NCBI RefSeq assembly: GCF_000485595.1
Contig: NW_014577080.1
Span: forward strand, 1-40,444
Direction: 5' to 3'
From: Priapulus caudatus
Taxonomy: Eukaryota
Length of the DNA stretch: 40,444 nt
The position numbers and the translations under genes are program-made. The notes under the pieces were generated by a model, which saw only the letters and a program-made list of their open reading frames with translations, made no database searches and was not told the origin of the DNA. Position 1 is the first letter of the stretch. Every line of letters begins with the position of its first letter. This document shows, piece after piece, positions 32,401-40,444 of this stretch.

Positions 32401-34461
32401 CGCAGCATTACTCAAGCACGCGCATAGCCCACACAGCAGTCCAGCAGTGAGTGAGTTCAGCCGTAGCGCCTGCGAGCAGGCAGCAGGGCGCGCCAGGACG
32501 CAGCTAGCGAGCCGGAGCAGCACTGCGTTGGAAGCTTCATCGAGCACGCCAGCGAGCTTAATGCAGACCCGCATAAACTGCTCTGTCGGGCGTCAATGAC
32601 ATTTGCTCTCTCTGTGGGTATTATGACGTGCGGTGTGTCTGTTACCTAATATTAGTTGATCGGATCGTCCAACTACACTACACCGAGGGTGCCGGATCAC
32701 TTACGATCATGCGCAGACGTCTGTATGCACGCTCCTGATATCGAATGAAATCAGAGATGATGAGTCTGGCACTTCAACTATCCAGTGCGGTCGAACGGTT
32801 CGATATTCTCTCTCGGCGTCTACTGCGTATGTAGGAGTGCGGGCCTGCAGAAGATAGGCGATCTTGTCCGGCGTGCAATGGACACGGACGCTCGTACTTA
32901 CAGTGTCGCAACAAGATAGAGTGTGTTTTCGGGTACACGCGCAGAGAGACATGTATGCACGTGGTGTGTCGATTAGCTACTAGTGCTCGTAAGATACTCG
33001 CCGGCAGCTCGTGTATGTTCCGCTCACATAACTGAACTATATTGGACTCGAATGTATCACCCTGAGTTCAGTGAAGTCATCGGACGTTAGTGTAGCTTGT
33101 GCCGGGGGAGTGTCCCGGGGGGTTCGCTTTCCAATTTGATAAGCACGGCGTGCTGTCTTCATACAGTATTGACTAGTCTCGGGTGTGACGCGGAATAGTT
33201 ATGACCGGTAGTAGGCTGTCTTACTCATATCGTATATAGTTGTCTCTAATGCAAGTTTCTCTGTGAGAAATTTCTATATTACTGTACCCACTTTGACGCA
33301 AAATCTTAGTTCGGCGTGCTAGCCCATGATCGGTCGTCACGACTAGTCCGCCTGTCCTTCCGCCTGCGGATTCGTTTAAAGGTGCTGAGCTCGTCAGGCG
33401 GTAGGAGAGTCCTCTCGGCTTTCGCTCGTCGTCAGCTTGGTGCGCCATGACGGGGGAGAAGAAATCTTTCGCTGCGACCTAGCTGCATCTCGAGTCGCCA
33501 CAGGAAAAATAAGAATTTATCCAAAACTGAGCGCCATAATAAAAAATGTTGTTTTTTTGCCCTCACCGGACCTTTACAGCCGCCAGAGAATAAGGGAGTG
33601 CTTGATCAGCAACATACACTTGGTGCTATTAGAGCCCTTTTCACTGAGAAGGTTTTTTTCTCTATAAAACCGTTTTCCTTGCTATTTGCTGGCGCATAGC
33701 CTCCGCGGCATCGTGATGTACGGTTGAGAAACTCCTGCCTTCCGCTAGGCAGTACGGGAGAGCTGATAGCACATTCCTGGTTACGGAATATCTCCTTGTG
33801 CCTTGTTTGGCTGCGGCTCAGTCGGTTCGGAACTGAGTGAAGGTAAGGTGTGGCCTGCTAAGCCGGCGCGCTCGCCATCTATGTGAGATTCGCATTTGGC
33901 ACCTGGTTCCGACTGGAACAGTCCTTGCGCGCGGATGTCACTGTTCTCGTCATTTATATACCCGTATTGGTGTATGGCGCAGGAAATCGGGCATGTCCGT
34001 TAGCACCGGCTCGGTCGATTCACGATGCGGACGCAACGTACTCAGAGGCGACGAAACTAAGTCCTTCTGAATCGACATGGATTCTCGAAACACGCACTTG
34101 GACAAGAAACAAACTCATTTCACTGCTTGAATCCTGCGAATCGCAGTTAAAATTCGGTTTTGCGGAGCACAAATCTCAAACAAAGAAATCACATTCAATG
34201 TAGAAAAAAGAAAATGCAACATTCTCGTCTGGCTATATTTTAATTTAGATATTAAATAACAGTTGATTATGGATGCTTTACTCTGTATCTGCACTTAGAT
34301 CATATATGATATTTTCCATTATCTACTTCAATAGAGCAAACACTATAGTCGTCGCTAAGAAGATATTTATTATTTGGCACGTTAAGATTCAGTCTCTCTT
34401 TAGACTTTGTGACGATGTTTATATTGCCATCGTGTATGTCGTGGGTTGCGCTGGCCTCGTG

Positions 34462-34612
34462 TCCTTCCTTCTCTCTCTCTCTTTCTCTCTCTCTCGCTTC
34501 TCTCTCCTCTCTCCTCTCTCTCTCTCTCTCTCTTCTCCCTCTCTTTCTCCTCACCCATCCGCACTCTCGCTCTCTCCACTAATCTCCACTCGCTGTACTT
34601 CTCTCGTTCGCT
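34462..34612. repeat. (CT)n-rich microsatellite
   Basis: Direct reading. Confidence 0.9.
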
Positions 34613-37600
34613 CTACTCAGCTTTAAACTCTCATTCGTGCTACATACTTTGCTCTCGTAACACCGACATAACACCACACAAGTTGATCTAACAACACGAA
34701 CTAACTCTTATACTCACTCGACATACTATTGCTAATCAACACTAGTCAAATGCACAGAATTCAATATATTAACTGACTGCACTAGGCCAACACTCAAACA
34801 CAGGCTAACTGACTCCACCACAACAGACACAACACCCTAACACGAAGACACGGTAGGACGACCATTGAGTGAATTGGATTAAATAGCTGATTTGTAGAAC
34901 AAGAAGGCGCCCCCCTCTTAAAAAAGGGGCAAGCCACACTTTTATCAACGCTGATGGGTCGGGGTGAGGGCATGAAAGCAAATAGAAATTGTTAAGGTGG
35001 TGGCGGGCTGATTATTCTTGTGGTGATTCTGATAGAGCTATTAACCATAATTGCAGTAACATAAATATTACATAAATGAATACTCGCAATGGGGTACAAA
35101 TTTGAGAGTAAATATAGACTAAAGAATAGGTGGTCGAAAATTGCCTGGCACTAGAAGCCTCGCGATAGGAGTTTCATGCGAAGTACACAAAACTCTCCAC
35201 TGTTTGTTGTGTTCGTTGTTTGGCTAGAGTGCGATTGGCTGTATTGAAAACCTCATTTGGCTGAGGGTGGAGATAATTTTCCCATGGCGGTGATGTATCG
35301 ATGGATCTGCAATTCGCGAATAGAGTGTATTTTTCAAATGCCGATTGCTCACGATTTTTTTTTATGAAATCGGCATGTTGATTTCGGATGCAGACTCCGA
35401 GTGAATTGCGCGAAGATTAATGTTAAACGGAAACATAGCATGCTTTACAATTGACTTGTGGTTATTCTTCGGGATGCTGGGCTTTGCCGCGTCAATGAAA
35501 TAGCACGTTACGGCCGATTTTATTGATTTTGTTAACAACTCGCGACGGCATCGAACGTGACTTTTAAACAATACCTGCACTCCTCCCCCCCCACCTCCGG
35601 CGTAGCATCGTCTAGGTATGCCGCCCAGGCACGTATACAGCAGGACACGCAGTGGTTGCTGCGCTGCACGCTCTCATGGGGGCGGGATGGGCTGCTATAT
35701 CTCGGGTTCGGCGACCATTTTGATTATAATAGTAAAGTGAGGATTAGTTTATGGGGTCCGAGGGTCAGATAAGGCCAGCTCACATGTCACAATCTGCGTA
35801 TGTAAGAGGACTGGGTTATCTATTCTCAATCGATTTTGGATATACTAACGTAAAGGATACCAACATTTTGAATGTGTCAAGTTCATTGAGAGACAATTAT
35901 GTTTTACTCGACAAACATGAGGCGAGTCAGCTTTAGCTTTCACATGGTCGGCCCGGCAGATATTGGTATTTTCAACTCGACAAGATTGCGCGAATGATGG
36001 GCGGAGGGGCGAATGATGACAGTGAGTGCCAAGCATAGTCGGGCACGCTGTTTAAAATTCGGGCTGCGGGCAGCTAGTGCAGAATCGCTAGTTTTGGTTA
36101 CTTCTAGGCTATTAAATAGGCTGAGGCTGTGCCTGTTACACAGCGCAGACACATGATAACACGCCAAAGTGAGTTCACTGCGCGGAATAGTAATTGATGA
36201 CTCAACATTGTGAATATAATATGCATGTGAAAAAAAAAATTGCCATTAATGACAATTTAATGGTGCAAATTGCTATGTGCAAAGGTATATATTTATATTG
36301 AATATATAAATTTGGCACAAATTATTGCTTTGCAAGGTTTTGGCATGGATGTTGTTCAACCGTGACTGGGTGAATTCTAGAGGAATAATTAGCATTTGCG
36401 ATAGCATCCCGGACATGGCATTAGGTACTTCGCGATTTAGCTGATCGCAATGGATAGATGGGATTAGATGAAGGATGGAAGATGGTGCTAAATTATAATG
36501 AGATAATTTATTAGGTGTGATAGCAATAATGAGAGGCGCGTCTTCAGAGACAGGTGCTGATCTTTGATGTGTTAATCGTTGATTTTTTCTTAGAGATTGG
36601 TGGATTGATATTTGATTTTTGAGTGGATTGATCTTTCGCACTTTGTTCTGAGTTATATTAAGGATCGACATGCACTCAGAGTGTATCGAAACGTAGTAAA
36701 AGTATTAATTTTTTAAAGAATCATACCTTAGGAATGCAAACTCGACAAGGATTGCACCCCCCCTTTTAAAACGTCACTCCGCAGCATACCGGAAGTCAAT
36801 TCCCTCTTGCTGTAATGTGACCAGAATCCTGGACCAGTGCTACGAACCAGGACCAGTTACTTCCTAGAGTACTGGTCCTGCTCGGACCAGCTGCCCTCAA
36901 TTATTAAGTATTTTCACCTAGTGTATATAATATATGAATATAAGTTATATAATAGAAATAAAGAAGTAAGATAAATGGAATAGGAATTAAAGATAAATGA
37001 AAAATATTACAAAGAACAATATATAGGAACTCTTCATATATAGTAATGGCATTATACTATATAGGATATATAATTAGGTATATAGTGTATATATTATATA
37101 ACGTGATATATATATTTCATAGTAGTATATATAAGAGGGTATATTTTTTGACACTCCTGGTATAGACTGACTCACTAGATAGAGTTAGGTTGCATGGGGA
37201 CGATTGGACAGAGATTTTATAGCAGGGATTTTAATAGGGTAAAATTTGGATACTGTGCGTACAACTTCCCCATTGAATTCTAGGGCAGTTATATCACGGG
37301 CAAGCTTGAAGTGTCGTGAAGGTTAGTACGGAGAGTTTGTTGGTGCTTCATTTGCTCGTGAATGTCACAATGTTTAGAGCCACGCATATGCCGCTTGACT
37401 CTAATTTGTAGCATTGATATTGTCTTATGTTTCGCATGCGATTAGATGATGGATGTAGATCTATGAGGAGAAATGTAGGGAGTAATGAGGGACTGTGGTT
37501 CTAAAGGAAAGTGTGTTCAGATGTTAATCGATAGTTCCGGTCACTTATTTACATTATGCGAGATGATAATGTGCATGGATGGATAGATGATATTATAAGG

Positions 37601-40444
37601 CAAATCGCTAAGCTAAATCTCTTAGAGTGGTGCGTGATTTTTACTCATAGATGAGTGATCGATGGTAGTTGATTAGAAAGATTCGTAATTGCCGAGTCAT
37701 GAGTACAGTACCGCATTTTTATCTGAGTTGTAAGACATGCTTAGGGTAAAAATTTAATTGTGTTGATGGAAATCAACTATCAGAGGCTTATCATTATATA
37801 GCTGTTAGATTAGTGTACATAGAAAGTCCACAAAACATGTGAGTTTTGTGCTTAAGTATGAGTCTAGGAGGATAAATAGTTCACTCGAAGCAGCTATGAT
37901 TCTTGTCGCATATTTAGTGCATGGAACTGATGTAGTTGGAGAGAATGCTAATAAATATGAGATAGAATTTAATTACAGACTATCACCAGTCTCGTGACCT
38001 GGCATGTAGAATTGCTTCGTGATTGATCGTTAAATAGAAGAAACAGATCTTCAGAGAAAGTCTCTCGGATATCATGAAAGTTGACGAAAGACTCAGATTA
38101 CGACGCAGATAGGTAGAACTAAGAAATGTCGATTAACGAATATAGTTCTCAAAATTAGAGCTAGAAGTGGGAGGTAATGTGTTCCAGCGTTTCATCAGCG
38201 TTTGGTATCTTGAGCACGTCAACACTCAGCCCGAATATTCAAGATTAGATCAGCAGATTGGATCACCGCAGTGGTGTTAGATGCATTTAGTTAGAGGGGC
38301 CGGTGTGTAATGTTGTAGCGCGTTAATGGAATGGACCGTGAAAATGGACTAAGGTGCAAATGTAGGACATGGTTACGAGGCGGATTAGATAGATTGATAG
38401 ATAGATTGAAGATAGATGAATAGGATAATGGATAGATAAGGGATAGATAGAAAGATGGTGACAACTTGGTCGAGTAGACGTTGTGACACTGATACGTTGA
38501 TGTTTGAGGCACTGTGTCGGCAGGGTGCCACCGATGTTGTAGCGATAGTGCCTGAAATAAGGGGAAATATTCCCCCTCCGTTTTACAAATTCTTGACTTT
38601 TGACCCCCCAAATTTGTCTCCTAAGTCCTATGTGTTCAAGTGAGTCAATTACGGACCCCTAGACCCCCTGTAAAGATGAGACGTTATCACTTGGAGAGTA
38701 ATTCAGATTGTGAAGGATCACGTTACGATCAGGGAGATGACTGGTTGAAGAAGTAGATTATGGTGTGTAGGCCCAAATTTGTTGACGGCGACCGACAGGT
38801 AGAGTAAGTAAGTAGGATGGACGCAGTAGAACGTAGAGGGACAGACATACTCAGTGAGCAGTATGTAAACTAGCCTGACCATCATTGACCTTTGGGTCAG
38901 ATGAGCTAATAAAGTCAAGTAGGTATACAGGACAATGTAGGCAAAATTACTAGCGACTGGATCATATCTATGTTACTCGATTGTCTAGACATACAAAGTC
39001 TGGAGCTTATATGAACCGATTGCCAACTCGACATGGGACTTAGGCTCAGTCAGCTCGATGACCGTGGGTGGATGTAAGATGGAGATAATCAAACAAGCTT
39101 ACAACTCTACGGAGTGTGGAATCATGACAGCGATGGGAAGTAGTAGATGACTAGAAAATCACAAACAACAATGTTCCGTCAGCTACAAATAAGGCACTAT
39201 CCAGGGTGGGTTCTTTGTCGACCAGGCAGATTGTCGTTTACTAAACTCTCAGAGGACACCATAGTCATTCCACAGGCGTAGATGGATGGCCTCGGTGCCA
39301 TCAAATGCACAATCGGGGTGAGTTTTCAAATACAAAATCTAGCATAATTGACTGAATTGAAAATGGTCAGAGCTTAGTAAAGAAGGTGAATGCATGGTGA
39401 ATACACCTTATATCTTCTACTGAACTTCTACTATTCTGTTTACCCAGCATTGACGTTTAAGACTTAGTGATGTCCCGATGATCGATTATTATTATCGACT
39501 GGTTGGATTAGATAACCTGGGATCATCTAGAGTCTAGATTTTTAGCAAGTAATACAATTACAAATCAATTTTGTTTCATATAAAATGGAGAACTTGGAAA
39601 TGTGTATTGAGGACATACTAAAAACGTATTCATATTTGCTGGAACAAATCACCGGTCTGTGAGGCATGGTGCGAAAAACGTTTGCAAGAAATTGAATATA
39701 TTAATTATTGAAGGTAAAAAACTTATTTTATATGAATTACACTATCATCTTTTCACGATCTAAAACATAACTTATTTACATAATTACCGTGATATTCTAA
39801 CATTTCGGTCACTGGTGGTGGTGAGTTATTTTTTATATGAACTCTTAATAACTAACATCATAACATTTTGGGGTGCGAAGGTAACACAAGCTCCTCGTGC
39901 TGCACCCTGGTAACTTGATTGTTGCTAAGGCTAAAAGTGTTACCACCTAGTTAGCGTAACCGTCACAGGTTAATGTTAGTAAGGGCATACAGTCATAAAA
40001 AATGTGCTTCAAATATATTGTGCAATGGAAGAGCTGCCAAAACTGGACCGAGCCAGATTCCTGGAGTGGGTTCTACTGATGTGGATTTAAACCCTTGAGT
40101 CCAGTATAAAATAAAGAGATCGAGATGATGATAAACACCGGAAACAAGAGTGCAGCCATTAGCCTAACAATAACAAAACATCGCCTGAATTTAGTAACTA
40201 GTTATACTAGAATATCCAGTATTTTTAAGGTAACAATACTCTAACATTACTAGTTAGCATAACTGAGTTAGTGATATTATATTCTATATTAATGAGTAAA
40301 ATGTGTGTTTTAAACTTACTTATAATCGCCTGATGATAAGGGTATCATAAGGGTATTTGCCTTGTGATGCAATCAACATCGAACTTCAACTCAAGGACAA
40401 GAAATGGCTACTGATGGCTGCATATAAGCCCCCTTCCATGTTGA

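Noticed and set aside
39070..39330. Possible host exon ending in G|GTGAGT
   Set aside because: Stops or frameshifts in all frames and no recognisable protein motif

Overview
Repeat-dense eukaryotic (metazoan, probably marine invertebrate; inferred, not proven) draft-assembly window with five N-gaps and no confidently recognisable host gene. In order: an 81-bp tandem satellite (1-~2130); nested foldback/MITE-like inverted repeats (3.2-4.2 kb); a GA-rich tract; a Ty3/Gypsy LTR retroelement (LTR 5706-6697, PBS-like site, intact gag with CCHC knuckle, -1 frame pol with protease and the start of RT, cut by a gap); a second 5' end of the same family (LTR 11056-12139 plus frameshifted gag fragment); a baculovirus-F/errantivirus-type envelope gene (15998-18123: REKR furin site, fusion peptide, TM, long tail) followed by a decayed unknown ORF; the 3' end of a Ty1/Copia element whose LTR is split by a full-length pogo-type DD35D transposon with TA TSD and C-terminal PHD finger (20487-23822); and the intron-containing 3' part of a hAT (ZNF862-like) transposase pseudogene with an 8-bp-TSD MITE in an intron. 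From ~29 kb onward the sequence is uninterpretable and may be error-rich. The best candidate for something new is an env-bearing, retrovirus-like Gypsy element with an extra ORF after env. Linkage of gag-pol to env crosses gaps and insertions and is inferred.
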